Origin: Candidatus Nitrospinota bacterium M3_3B_026
Lineage (GTDB): Bacteria; Nitrospinota_A; UBA7883; JBPRGF01
Length of the DNA stretch: 64,000 bases
Direction of reading: 5' to 3'
Assembly (NCBI GenBank): GCA_051418015.1
Contig: JBPRGF010000003.1
Span: 64,001-128,000 of the forward strand
Position 1 is the first letter of the stretch, and each line of letters opens with the position of its first letter. The notes beneath the pieces were generated by a model. It ran no database searches, was not told where the DNA came from, and worked only from the letters and a program-made list of their open reading frames with translations. Below are positions 43,048-53,101 of this stretch, in pieces. The translations under genes were made by a program, and so were the position numbers.

Positions 43048-43844
43048 CCGATCCGCGCCCCATCGGGATGTTCGACTCCGGGATCGGCGGCCTCACGGTC
43101 CTGGGGGAGATAAGGAAAAGACTGCCGGCCGAGTCGATCGTATACCTCGGCGACACAGCCCGCGTCCCATACGGGACCAAGTCCGGGAGAACCGTCGCCC
43201 GCTACTCGGTCAACAACACCCGGCTGCTGCTCGGCGCCGGGGTGAAGATGATAGTCGTCGCCTGCAACACCGCCTCGTCCTACGCCATGGACGACGTGGC
43301 CGCCGAGTCCGAGGCGCCCGTGGTGGGGGTCGTGGAAGGGGGCGTCCGCGCCGCCGTGGAGAGCGGCTCGGCCCGCATAGGCGTGATCGGCACCGAGGCC
43401 ACCATCCGCTCCGGCGCCTACCCGGCCAGGATAAAGGCGCTGGCCCCGGACGCCGAGGTCATCTCGAAGCCGTGCCCGCTTTTCGTCTCCCTGGTGGAGG
43501 AAGGGTGGACGGACAACGAAGTCGCCCGGGCCGTGGCGCGGGAGTACCTGGGGGACCTGCGGGGGAGGGTGGACGCGCTGGTGCTGGCCTGCACCCATTA
43601 CCCGCTGCTGAAAAAGACCATCGCCGGGGTGATGGGGCCCGGTGTCACGCTCATAGACTCCGCCGAGCAGACGGCGCGGCTCGTGGCCGGGAAGATCGAG
43701 GCGGACGGGCTCGCCGTTGACAGCGCCGCGCCGGGGCGTGTACGTTTCATGGTCACGGATTCGCCGGAGCGAAGCCTGCGGATAGGCAAAAGGATGCTGG
43801 GCGGGGATGAGATAACGGAAGTCGAGCTTGTGGATTTGTCGTAA
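43044..43844 (+). CDS. murI: Glutamate racemase
   Basis: FDSGIGG, PYGTK, ACNTAS, ACTHYP. Confidence 0.97.
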   Translation: MTDPRPIGMFDSGIGGLTVLGEIRKRLPAESIVYLGDTARVPYGTKSGRTVARYSVNNTRLLLGAGVKMIVVACNTASSYAMDDVAAESEAPVVGVVEGGVRAAVESGSARIGVIGTEATIRSGAYPARIKALAPDAEVISKPCPLFVSLVEEGWTDNEVARAVAREYLGDLRGRVDALVLACTHYPLLKKTIAGVMGPGVTLIDSAEQTARLVAGKIEADGLAVDSAAPGRVRFMVTDSPERSLRIGKRMLGGDEITEVELVDLS

Positions 43845-43863
43845 TAATTTTCAAGGTATAAGG

Positions 43864-44592
43864 ATGACGCAAAGAAAAGACGGCCGGGCCGCCGGCCAGC
43901 TTCGCCCGGTCCAGATAGAGACGGGAGTGATATCCCACGCCGAGGGCTCCGCGGTCATCAGGATGGGGAAGACCGAGGCCCTCTGCGTGGCCTCCGTGGA
44001 GGAGAGGGTGCCCCCCTTCCTGAGAGACAGCGGCCTTGGGTGGGTGACCGCCGAGTACGCCATGCTGCCCCGTTCCACGATCGACCGCACCCCAAGAGAG
44101 CGGCGCGGCGCGGGGGGCAGGACCATGGAGATACAGCGGCTCATCGGCAGGTCCCTGCGCGCCGTGACGGAGCGGGCCCTGCTGGGCGAGCGGACGATAA
44201 CCGTGGACTGCGACATCATCCAGGCCGACGGCGGGACGCGATGCGCCTCCATCACCGGCGCCTGCGTGGCGATGTACGAGGCGATGCGGTGGATGGTCGA
44301 GCGGGAGATGATCGCCCGCCTCCCCGCGCGGGACATCGTGGGGGCGGTCTCCGCCGGCGTGTTGGGCGGCGGGGCGCTGCTGGACCTCGACTACGAGGAG
44401 GACAGCGCGGCCGAGGTGGACATGAACGTGGTGATGACCGGATCGGGGATGTTCGTCGAGCTGCAGGGGACGGCGGAGGAAAAACCATTCAGCCGCGAGA
44501 GGATGAACACGATGCTCGACCTTGCGGGGCAGGGGCTTCAAACCCTCTTCGAAAAACAGAGGAAAGCCCTGCGGCTTCAAGGCGCGTCCTGA
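43864..44592 (+). CDS. rph: Ribonuclease PH
   Basis: EIQRLIGRSLR, QADGGTRCASI, DLDYEEDS. Confidence 0.97.
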   Translation: MTQRKDGRAAGQLRPVQIETGVISHAEGSAVIRMGKTEALCVASVEERVPPFLRDSGLGWVTAEYAMLPRSTIDRTPRERRGAGGRTMEIQRLIGRSLRAVTERALLGERTITVDCDIIQADGGTRCASITGACVAMYEAMRWMVEREMIARLPARDIVGAVSAGVLGGGALLDLDYEEDSAAEVDMNVVMTGSGMFVELQGTAEEKPFSRERMNTMLDLAGQGLQTLFEKQRKALRLQGAS

Positions 44593-44613
44593 CCCCCGCC
44601 GGCGCCATCCGGA

Positions 44614-44787
44614 TCAGCCTGCCAGGGCGTGGTATATCACGTAGAACCACGACAGGAGGCCGTGGATTATCGCCCACAGGATCGACTGGTTCTTCGACCA
44701 CGATATGGCGATGGCAAGCGCCGACCCGAAGCCGATCCCGAACCGCGCGCCCTCGGCCCGGTACACGTAGACTCTTTCGCCGTTCAT
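44614..44787 (-). CDS. Small (57 aa) membrane protein, not in ORF track
   Basis: MNGERVYVYRAEGARFGIGFGSALAIAISWSKNQSILWAIIHGLLSWFYVIYHALAG; GGTGA RBS. Confidence 0.75.
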   Translation of the reverse strand: MNGERVYVYRAEGARFGIGFGSALAIAISWSKNQSILWAIIHGLLSWFYVIYHALAG

Positions 44788-44802
44788 GGGTTCACCGGAG
44801 GG

Positions 44803-45012
44803 TCACGATTTCCCCGTCTCTCCCGCGCGCGTGGGGCATGTGGATATGCCAAGGAGCTGATAGGGCGGACACCAGCCGATGAAACCGGTGACCAGCGGGA
44901 TTATGCCGAGAAGCCCCCACCAGCTTTTGGGGCCCACGAAGACGAGGGAAAGGATGGCAAGACCCAGAACGACCCTGACAACTTTTTCGATGGGGTGGAC
45001 ATTCGTTTTCAT
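44803..45012 (-). CDS. DUF2892 (YgaP-like) membrane protein
   Basis: NV..IE...R, GIIPLVTG..GWCPPY.LLGIST; GGAGG RBS. Confidence 0.88.
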   Translation of the reverse strand: MKTNVHPIEKVVRVVLGLAILSLVFVGPKSWWGLLGIIPLVTGFIGWCPPYQLLGISTCPTRAGETGKS

Positions 45013-45143
45013 CGTTCGCTCCTCCCTTACAAGATGATGTATCCCCCCCTTTCCACAACGTAATGCTACCAGATTAGAGGCGATCCGGCCGCGACGGATT
45101 CAGCGCGCCGGGAAAAAGCACCCTTGACCCACCGCGAATTAGA

Positions 45144-45314
45144 GCCCTCCCCCTTGACGGGGGAGGGCCGGGTGGGGGTGTTCTGTTATTCACCCTCCCC
45201 TGCATCCCCTCCCGTCAAGGGAGGGGATGATGGAAGACGTCATCGCGAGGGAGCCCGCGGCGATCCCGCCTTTTGCCGAGATTGCCGCGTCGGCTTGCGC
45301 CTCCTCGCAATGAC
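45144..45314. repeat. Adjacent family A and family B palindromic repeats
   Basis: ccctcccccttgacgggggaggg; gtcatcgcgagg...cctcgcaatgac. Confidence 0.7.
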
Positions 45315-45487
45315 AACCTGCGCGCCCTCGTCATTGCGGGCTCGCCCCTCAAAAGCCCTCCCGCCGGGGAAGGATGGCGCCCGAATGAGCGTCCCGCGTG
45401 CGGAGCGGTTAATGTGTGGCGGGATCGGTGGATTCGGAGTAAAATTATGCAAGGGGTTTTTTATTTTCAAGACTAGGGGATTTTACT

Positions 45488-47599
45488 TTGCTCAGGTGGT
45501 ATGAGCGGCTGACCGCCAAGATCATCGGCATCGGGCTCGTGTTCTTCATTCTGCTGGCCCTCTCCCTGGCCTGGCAGTACAAGAACCTGAAGGCTTATTT
45601 TACAGCTAGTTACAAAAAAGAAGCCGCCATGATCGCCGACAGCATCAACACCTCCATACAGACCCTCATGCTCAACTTCGATCTTGGCGGCGACGGGACC
45701 CTTGTCATGCGTTTCATCGAGGAGATAAACAAGGCCAGGGGCGGCGCCGTGGTGCGCCTTGTCCACAGCGACGCCGTCAACGCCGAGTACGGCGTGCAGG
45801 AGGACGAGCTGCCGGAAAACGAGCGGGAGGTGGCGGTCCTGGCCGACGGGCGGCCCAGGTCTTTCGAGGACGCGGGATATTTCAACTACATCATGCCCAT
45901 CAAGGCCATCGAGGGGTGCGAAAGGTGCCACTTTCTGCCGGACGAGTCCGGCGAGCCCGTGCCGATCGGCTACACCCTCGGCCTGGCGGTGGTGAAGATT
46001 CCAACCGCCCTGATGAAAGAGCAGCTCAACACGCTGCTCTACGAGTCGGTGAAATCGATGGGGGTGATAGGCTCCCTTCTGCTCGTGCTGGGTTTTTTCT
46101 CCCACCGCTATATAGCCTCTCCCCTGAACAGGATGCTTCGGGTGATCCAGGAAGTGACCCGCGGCGAGCTCGGCGAGAGGGTGGAGGACGTCAACCAGCG
46201 CGACGAGATCGGGACGCTGGCGGCCAACTTCAACATCATGGCCGACCAGATGGAGCGCTCGTTCAACAGGCTTGAGAACTGGAACGTGGACCTGGCGCGG
46301 GAGGTGAGCCGCCAGACCGACGAGATCCGCGCCATGCGGGATCATTACCAGTCGATAATAGACTCCACCCAGCGCGTGATCTACACCACCGGCCGCGACC
46401 TGGTCATAGACTCCGTAAACTCCGAGTGGGACGACATCGCCGAAAAGTACGGCCTGAAGCTGAAAAGAGAAGACCTGATAGGCGCCAACCTGCTCGACTT
46501 TTTCTCCGGCGAGGAGAAGGAACGCTACCGGAGGATATGTGAGTCCATTCTGAACCGGGGCGACTATGAGCTGGGCGACATATACAGGACCGAGTTCGAC
46601 ATAGAAGTCAGCGGCGAGCGGAAGTATTTCGGGCTGACCATATCGCCGCTGCGGGGCCAGGGCGGCGCTCTGGAGGGGCTGGTGTTCGTGGCCTACGACA
46701 TATCCCAGCGCAAGATCGCCGAGGAGATGCTCCGCGTGGAGAAAAAGAAGCTGGACGCCATCATGGACGGCATGGGCGCGGCGGTGAACATGATCGACGA
46801 GAACTTCCGGATCATATACATGAACAGGATCATGGAGGACACCTTCGGCGCCGCGGCGCTGGGCAGGCGCTGCCACGAGGTCATCGCCGGCAGGCGCGAG
46901 AAGTGCCCCGGCTGCCAGGCCATGAACGCCGAGGGGACGACCAACACCGAGGTGAGATCGGTCAACGGCAGGACGTACCTTTCCACCATCTCGCCGATAA
47001 TAAACCTGGACAACACCCGCTCGGCCATCGAGGTGCACAAGGACATAACCTACCTGAAAGAGATGGAGGGCAAGCTCCGCAAGCTCACCATCACCGACAA
47101 CCTCACGGGGCTGTACAACAAGCGCTACTTCATGGACAAGCTGGCCGACGAGATGATCCGCGCCCAGAGGCAGAAGACCAGGCTGACATTGCTTTTCGCG
47201 GACATCGACGGGTTCAAAAGCTACAACGATGTCTATGGCCACATCGAGGGAGACCTGTGCCTGGCGAGCCTCGGCAAGATCATACGGGACTCCATCCGCG
47301 CCCACGTGGACAGGGGCTTCCGGTACGGCGGGGAGGAGTTCACCATGATCCTGCCCGGCGCGGACGAGGAGCTGGGGGTCCAGATCGCCGAAAGGATCAG
47401 GCGGTCTTTCGCCGCGACCAAGTTCACCCCCAGCCTCGACGGGGAGAAGGTGGAGGTCTACAAAACCCTGAGCGTCGGCGTGGCCGTGTACGACGGCGAG
47501 GAGGAGGACCCGGACGGCCTGATCGAAAAGGCCGACTACGCCATGTACCGCGCCAAGCGGGAGGGAGGCGACAAGGTGGTCGCCGCCAGCGCCGCCTGA
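45488..47599 (+). CDS. Diguanylate cyclase with periplasmic heme-c motif, HAMP and PAS domains
   Basis: Two TM, CERCH, DEIG.LA..FN.M HAMP, two PAS-like regions, RYGGEEF. Confidence 0.93.
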   Translation: MLRWYERLTAKIIGIGLVFFILLALSLAWQYKNLKAYFTASYKKEAAMIADSINTSIQTLMLNFDLGGDGTLVMRFIEEINKARGGAVVRLVHSDAVNAEYGVQEDELPENEREVAVLADGRPRSFEDAGYFNYIMPIKAIEGCERCHFLPDESGEPVPIGYTLGLAVVKIPTALMKEQLNTLLYESVKSMGVIGSLLLVLGFFSHRYIASPLNRMLRVIQEVTRGELGERVEDVNQRDEIGTLAANFNIMADQMERSFNRLENWNVDLAREVSRQTDEIRAMRDHYQSIIDSTQRVIYTTGRDLVIDSVNSEWDDIAEKYGLKLKREDLIGANLLDFFSGEEKERYRRICESILNRGDYELGDIYRTEFDIEVSGERKYFGLTISPLRGQGGALEGLVFVAYDISQRKIAEEMLRVEKKKLDAIMDGMGAAVNMIDENFRIIYMNRIMEDTFGAAALGRRCHEVIAGRREKCPGCQAMNAEGTTNTEVRSVNGRTYLSTISPIINLDNTRSAIEVHKDITYLKEMEGKLRKLTITDNLTGLYNKRYFMDKLADEMIRAQRQKTRLTLLFADIDGFKSYNDVYGHIEGDLCLASLGKIIRDSIRAHVDRGFRYGGEEFTMILPGADEELGVQIAERIRRSFAATKFTPSLDGEKVEVYKTLSVGVAVYDGEEEDPDGLIEKADYAMYRAKREGGDKVVAASAA

Positions 47600-47626
47600 G
47601 ACGAAAACGCGGGCGGCGGGGAGCCC

Positions 47627-48211
47627 TCAGGCTCCTTTCGTGATCGCTCTCGCGGCTTTCGCCGCCTTCAGAAAAGCTCTCTGAGGCGCCGTGGCGGCTA
47701 TCCGGAAGACCCTCGCGGACAGGCCCTCCTCGAGGCTCCGGCGCCTTGCGTAGACGGGGACGGCTCCGCCCTCCAGCGCCATGAGAGCCCCCGTCAGGAC
47801 GCCGTCGTCCACAACGGCGATACGGTCCGCGGGGACGCCGCTGTGCAGGGAGGCGATTTTCAGCCCCTCCGGGTCGGGCTTGCGCCGGGCGTTTATGTAT
47901 ATGGCCTCCGGGAAAGTCTTTCTGTAAGAGCGCTCCCTGGCCCTTTTCCTGCTCCTTGTGTTGGAAAGGACAAAAACCCTCCCCGGACCGAAGACCTCCA
48001 GCGCCTCGCGGACGAGCCTTCGTCCAGTCTCGTCCGGCCCGAAGCTCAGGGAAGGGCCGAGGACTCCGTCATGATCGAATACCACCGCCTCCACCCCGCG
48101 TTTTTTCAGCTCCCCGGCGTCTATATCCTCGACGTCGGGCGCCTCCGCGACAAGACGGTCCAGCCGCCGGCCGTGCCGCAGGGCCAGCGCCACGATCTGG
48201 AAAACGTTCAT
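47627..48211 (-). CDS. HAD-superfamily (YqeG-like) phosphatase
   Basis: VFDHDGVL, LSN, RKP, VVDD. Confidence 0.75.
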   Translation of the reverse strand: MNVFQIVALALRHGRRLDRLVAEAPDVEDIDAGELKKRGVEAVVFDHDGVLGPSLSFGPDETGRRLVREALEVFGPGRVFVLSNTRSRKRARERSYRKTFPEAIYINARRKPDPEGLKIASLHSGVPADRIAVVDDGVLTGALMALEGGAVPVYARRRSLEEGLSARVFRIAATAPQRAFLKAAKAARAITKGA

Positions 48212-48477
48212 AAAAAATCCCGATATGGCACGACAGAAGATATTGATTATAACCCGCGGAGCCCGCCGGATCGAGGGCCGGGGCCTCCACGCGCGTCCGA
48301 TAACGTTTTGTATCAGGACGCGGTGTCCTGAATCAGGACACCCCCGCCGGATGGGCGCGCTCCGGCGCGAAATATATCGCCTGAAAAATCAATGGTCTGC
48401 GACATAGCCGCGATTGGCGCCTGTTTTGCTTCCCCATTGAGGCCATGCGGAGGAGGACAAACGGGAACAGGTGGTCC

Positions 48478-49233
48478 ATGAGGAAAACTGTCATACGATT
48501 CAACAGGTCCGAGCGGTGGTTTCACAACATCGTGATGTTCACGTTCCTGTTCCTGCTCATCACGGGTCTGGCGATGCTCTATTACAACCTCAAGGGCGAT
48601 CAGGGCTCCTCGCGCCAGTTCCTGGTCTTCACGCACAAGATAGCCAGCGTGATATTCATCGGCGGGCCGATCCTGGCTCTGCTGTTCGGCTGCAGGCGAA
48701 CATGGATCGAGAACATCAAGGTCATCACCTCCTTCAGCCGGGACGACATCCGGTGGCTGACGCTCAAGCCCCTGGCGGCCTTCTCGAAAAAGATAAAACT
48801 TCCCCGGGACGACAAGTTCAACCCCGGCCAGAAGGTCTGGATATACATAGCCGTCTCCGGCAGCGCCGTTCTCGCCGTCACGGGCGTCATCATGTGGGTG
48901 ACCGGCTCGCCGATCCTGGCCCTGGCGATCCACACGGTGGTGGCTGTCCTGATGATAATACCCCTCGGGGGCCATATATACATGGCGACTCTGAACCCCG
49001 AGACCCGGCCGGGCTTCGGCTCCATAGTGGACGGGGAGGTCAATGCGGAGTGGGCCATGGAGCATCACCCGATCTGGATGGAGAGGACGGCCAAGCAGAG
49101 GGTGAAAGAAAAGTTGCAAAGAGAGGTTTCCGCCAGGCGGAAAATGTATTATAATAAAACAAAGAGTGAGAAGCCTGAAAGCTACGATCTTGGAGGTATA
49201 ATAAAGCTACCAACAAAGCCCGAAACAGCATAG
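48478..49233 (+). CDS. Cytochrome b membrane subunit (FdnI/formate dehydrogenase gamma-like)
   Basis: RF...ER.FH, KFNPGQK, four His in TM helices, WA.EHHP.W. Confidence 0.85.
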   Translation: MRKTVIRFNRSERWFHNIVMFTFLFLLITGLAMLYYNLKGDQGSSRQFLVFTHKIASVIFIGGPILALLFGCRRTWIENIKVITSFSRDDIRWLTLKPLAAFSKKIKLPRDDKFNPGQKVWIYIAVSGSAVLAVTGVIMWVTGSPILALAIHTVVAVLMIIPLGGHIYMATLNPETRPGFGSIVDGEVNAEWAMEHHPIWMERTAKQRVKEKLQREVSARRKMYYNKTKSEKPESYDLGGIIKLPTKPETA

Positions 49234-49406
49234 AATAAAAGTTTAAAAGCCGGGAATTGGACGCTCATTCTCACTCTCCTCATGCCCCAAGGTCCAATTC
49301 CCGGTTTTCTTTTTTTGGGCGGTCCCCCCCAACAAGGCAGTCTCCTTATCCCGTTCATGGCCCCACATTGCGGGATCGCGTCCGGCATGGCCCCGCGGGG
49401 GTCTTT

Positions 49407-49853
49407 TCAGCCCGCGTCCACTTTTATCGTTCTGCTCCGGCCGGACCGGTCCTTTTTGGGTATGATGACGGTGAGCACGCCGTCGCGCAGGCTTGCGGAG
49501 GCCTCGTTTTCCTTTACCGGGCCGGGCAGGACGAAGCTTCTCATGAAGCGGCCGTAGCCCCGCTCCACCATGATGTAGCTTTCCCGGCTCGTCTCCCTGT
49601 CCCGTTTGCGTTCGCCGACCAGAAGGACGGAGCGGTCGTTTATCTCCATGAAGACGTTTTCGAGGCTGACGCCGGGGACTTCTATTTTCAGGAAGAAGCT
49701 GGCGTCATCTTCGTATATATCGCACGGAGGCATCCATGGCGGGGGTGTCTTGAGCGCCAGCCGCAAGTCCCCCAGCGCGCGCTCGAAAAGCTCGCTCATC
49801 CGCTCCTGAGCGAAGAGCAGATCCCTGCCAGCCTCCCAGCGATATATAGCCAT
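49407..49853 (-). CDS. Hsp20/alpha-crystallin small heat shock protein
   Basis: P.DIYE, EVPGV, ERGYGRF.RSF.LP, DGVLTV.IPK. Confidence 0.95.
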   Translation of the reverse strand: MAIYRWEAGRDLLFAQERMSELFERALGDLRLALKTPPPWMPPCDIYEDDASFFLKIEVPGVSLENVFMEINDRSVLLVGERKRDRETSRESYIMVERGYGRFMRSFVLPGPVKENEASASLRDGVLTVIIPKKDRSGRSRTIKVDAG

Positions 49854-50061
49854 AACCAGAATCCCCCAGAGGCGCCTCTCCCTGGATTTTAGGCCAAAGA
49901 CACGGGAAGATCAAATCCAGAGCCCGCCGCGCCGGGAAAAGGCCGCCCCCGGGGGGCCAGCTGATGGAGCGGGGAAGCAGGATCCCTCACATCGCGGCGG
50001 GAACGGCGCTCGTTCAGGACGGCGGTGGCGGGCGCGCCGGTTGGCTGGCGGCCCCTTGCGC

Positions 50062-50847
50062 TCATTCCATGAAAAGCCAGCGTTTGAGCTGCTGGCGGGG
50101 GGTGAAGAACCTCGGAGCAGCCATCCCCGTGAAGACCGCCGCCGCGATGGTCACCGACGAGGCGACCATCAGCATGATTATCATCTGGTACTTCGCCGCC
50201 ACCATCGGCGGCGCGCCGCCGAGCATCTGCCCCACCATTATCCCCGGCAGGTGGACAAGCCCCACGGTCATCATGGTGTTGATCGTTGGGATCAGCGCCG
50301 CGCGGATCGCCTCCCTCCGGGCCTCGGCCGCGGCTTTTTTCAGGCTCCAGCCCAGCATGAGAAGGGTCTCGATCTCATCCTGCCGCGCCTTCATCTCCGC
50401 GTAGAGCCTGTCGGCGGCCAGCGCCCCGCCGTTCATGGCGTTGCCCAGGATCATCCCCCCGAGCGGCAGCAGTATCTCCGGCCGGTACCATGGCTGGGCC
50501 TTCAGCACCGCGCCGGTGACCACGGCGGTGGTGAAAAGCGACCCGGCCACCACGCCCGTCCACATCGGGACGTAAAGACCCGGAACCGGCCGCCGCATCC
50601 GGGAAAGCCCCGCCCGCGCCGCGTAGGTCATCATCAAAAAAAGCGCCCCCACAACCACGTACCAGAGGTTGATGTCGAATATGAGCCTGATGACGTACCC
50701 GATGAAAAAGAGCTGGACGACCGTCCTGATCGTGGCGATGGTCAGCGCCCGCTCCACGCCGAGCCCCTCGCGGATGGAGAGGGCCACCACCACGGCGTAA
50801 AGCGCCAGCGTCATGGCAAGATCCGCCGGGCCGGGGTCTATTATCAT
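50062..50847 (-). CDS. fetB: ABC transporter permease (FetB/UPF0014 family)
   Basis: RTVVQL..IGY, PLGGMILGNAM, VGLV.LPG.M.GQ. Confidence 0.88.
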   Translation of the reverse strand: MIIDPGPADLAMTLALYAVVVALSIREGLGVERALTIATIRTVVQLFFIGYVIRLIFDINLWYVVVGALFLMMTYAARAGLSRMRRPVPGLYVPMWTGVVAGSLFTTAVVTGAVLKAQPWYRPEILLPLGGMILGNAMNGGALAADRLYAEMKARQDEIETLLMLGWSLKKAAAEARREAIRAALIPTINTMMTVGLVHLPGIMVGQMLGGAPPMVAAKYQMIIMLMVASSVTIAAAVFTGMAAPRFFTPRQQLKRWLFME

Positions 50848-51494
50848 CCCGCCGCCTCCCCAAGGGTCAGGGTCCTGGACCCGGTGTCCTTCAAAACCTC
50901 GATGTCGTGGCTGACCCAGACGGCGGTCAGCCCGGTCTCCTTTATGAGCGTCTCCATCACGCCGATGAACATCCCGGCAGACTCGGCGTCCAGCCCGGAG
51001 GTCGGCTCGTCGAGCAGGATCACGTCCGGGTTCATCACGAGGTTCCTGATGACGGAGGCCCTTTGCTTCTGGCCCACGGAAAGGGACCTGGCCTCCTGAC
51101 CCAGAAGCTCCCGCCCCAGCCCCAGCCGGTCCATCCATTCGAAAAAAAAGTCGTCGCCGGGCTTTTTCTCAAGCCCCAGCGCCATGTTCTCCCGGACGGT
51201 CCCGTCCAGCATCACCGGCGTCTGCCCGACAAGCGAGACCCGCCTCCTGAGGCCGGGAGGGGAGTAGCTCTCATAAGGCTTGCCGTCGAAATACATCGTC
51301 CCGCCATCCGGCTCCTCAAGCCAGGCGATAAGACGCAGCAGGGTCGACTTGCCCGACCCGGACCTGCCTTTCACGATGAGTTTTTCACCCCTTTCAACGC
51401 GGAGGGAAAAATCCTCCAGGATGCGCCTGCCCGCCAGCCCGCCGGGGCCGCGATACCGGAAGGAAACATGGTCGAGCTTTATTATCTCGGGCAT
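50844..51494 (-). CDS. ABC transporter ATP-binding protein (FetA-like)
   Basis: GRSGSGKS, LSVGQKQR, LLDEPT. Confidence 0.92.
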   Translation of the reverse strand: MPEIIKLDHVSFRYRGPGGLAGRRILEDFSLRVERGEKLIVKGRSGSGKSTLLRLIAWLEEPDGGTMYFDGKPYESYSPPGLRRRVSLVGQTPVMLDGTVRENMALGLEKKPGDDFFFEWMDRLGLGRELLGQEARSLSVGQKQRASVIRNLVMNPDVILLDEPTSGLDAESAGMFIGVMETLIKETGLTAVWVSHDIEVLKDTGSRTLTLGEAAG

Positions 51495-51679
51495 TTTAAA
51501 GGTCAAGAAAAAGTCTCGGTAAAACGATCTATTATGGTATAAGCCGAAAAGGATGAAATCAAAAAAGCGTTGAAATTTTGACGTTGACTTTTATATGTCA
51601 ATTAGCATAAATTGTAATATAATTTGGTTGAATTCAGGTTATATCAACCTGTTCGGGCTCACGCTGTAAGGATCAAGGC

Positions 51680-52534
51680 ATGACCCTGAGAGAAGCATAC
51701 GAGTTGCTGGACGTAGACAAGAACGCTTCCCTTGAGCAGGTCAAAAAGTCATACCGCCGCGCCGCAAGGCTCTATCACCCCGACTCGAGCTTCGACCTGG
51801 CCGACACCGGCAAGTTCCACGAAGTCGTGACGGCCTACAACACCATACTGGACGACAGGAAAAAAAGGTCGAACGGGCGCGGCGTCCGCCCAGGCTCCGG
51901 GGCGAACGGAAACGGCGCGCGGCGTCCCTCCTCCCGGGGGAACGGGTGGCCGGGCTTTTCCGGCGCCAACGGCGCGCGGCGGACGGGCTGGCGCGGAAAT
52001 GGGAACGGCGCCTTTTCCGCGGGCTCCGGCATGTTGACCTATGACGAGCTTCTGATAAGGTTCGACAAATCCCCGAACGTGTGGGTGAGGATAGAGACCG
52101 CCCACACCATATACAGCCGGTTCAGGGAGAGGTTCGAGGATTTCGCGGCGCGCAGGCTTGGCGGGGCGCCATGGAAGGTTCAGGCCGAGCTTGTGACGCT
52201 CCTTGGAAAGACGGGGACGCCGAAGGCGCTCGAGATCGTGGCGGACCACCTGATGTCACGGAACGTCGGCGTGCTGCTTTCGGCCTACCTCGCCCTCGAG
52301 GAGGCCGGGGAAACGGGCCTGGCCGTGATCGACAGGAAAATCGGCGCGCCGTCGGCCGTTTCGTACCATATCTTCAAGCTCTTCTCCCGCGACAGCGTGG
52401 AGAGAATGGCGGTGAAGGACGGGCTCGTGCCGCCGGACAGGATGCGCCGCCTGGCCGCCGTCTCCCGCAAGAGCGGCGTCCCCCTGCGCGATATCCTGGA
52501 GGGGCTGGGAATACCATTGGCCCAGCCAGCCTGA
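51680..52534 (+). CDS. J-domain protein with HEAT-like C-terminal region
   Basis: AYELL, YHPD, AYNTI; Gly/Asn-rich linker. Confidence 0.85.
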   Translation: MTLREAYELLDVDKNASLEQVKKSYRRAARLYHPDSSFDLADTGKFHEVVTAYNTILDDRKKRSNGRGVRPGSGANGNGARRPSSRGNGWPGFSGANGARRTGWRGNGNGAFSAGSGMLTYDELLIRFDKSPNVWVRIETAHTIYSRFRERFEDFAARRLGGAPWKVQAELVTLLGKTGTPKALEIVADHLMSRNVGVLLSAYLALEEAGETGLAVIDRKIGAPSAVSYHIFKLFSRDSVERMAVKDGLVPPDRMRRLAAVSRKSGVPLRDILEGLGIPLAQPA

Positions 52535-52593
52535 AAAAACCTTTTCACCCTCTTGCGCGAAACGGCCCCCATCCAGCTTCGAAAGAGAACTTC

Positions 52594-53076
52594 ATGAGCG
52601 AAGAAAAGCCCGACCTGCCAAAGATAGAGATGCTCGAGTCCGCCCCGCATTTCTCCTATCTCACCTTCGAGGACAAAAGCGAGCTGGTGGAAAGCATGAC
52701 CGTCGAGGAGTTTCTTCCCGGCGACGTCCTGATCCACGAGGGGGAGGGGCTTGTCGCCGTCCTCTTCCTGTTCGAAGGCTCCGTGGAGGTCATGAAAACC
52801 AGCGCGGAGGGGGAGAGGGTGCGGCTGGCCACCCTGGGCAGGGGGGAGATCATCGGCGAATCGGCGATCTACCCCGAGACAGAGAACGCCTCCGTCCTCA
52901 TCCGCGCCCTGGAGAAGACAAAGGCGCTTTCACTGCCCGGCGAAAACTTCAGGAGGATCGCCTCGAAAAACCCCCGGCTCGCCTTCCGGCTGATGTTCGA
53001 CATGATGAAGCTGCTGCGGCGCAGGCTCACTGACGTCTCTAACAGGCTCGCTGACATAATGGCGGGCGGGCGATGA
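52594..53076 (+). CDS. Stand-alone cyclic nucleotide-binding domain protein
   Basis: GDVLIHEG, G.VEV, GEIIGE; ATG 52594. Confidence 0.88.
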   Translation: MSEEKPDLPKIEMLESAPHFSYLTFEDKSELVESMTVEEFLPGDVLIHEGEGLVAVLFLFEGSVEVMKTSAEGERVRLATLGRGEIIGESAIYPETENASVLIRALEKTKALSLPGENFRRIASKNPRLAFRLMFDMMKLLRRRLTDVSNRLADIMAGGR

Positions 53077-53101
53077 CATCGGGAAAAGCCGCCCTTCCCG
53101 G

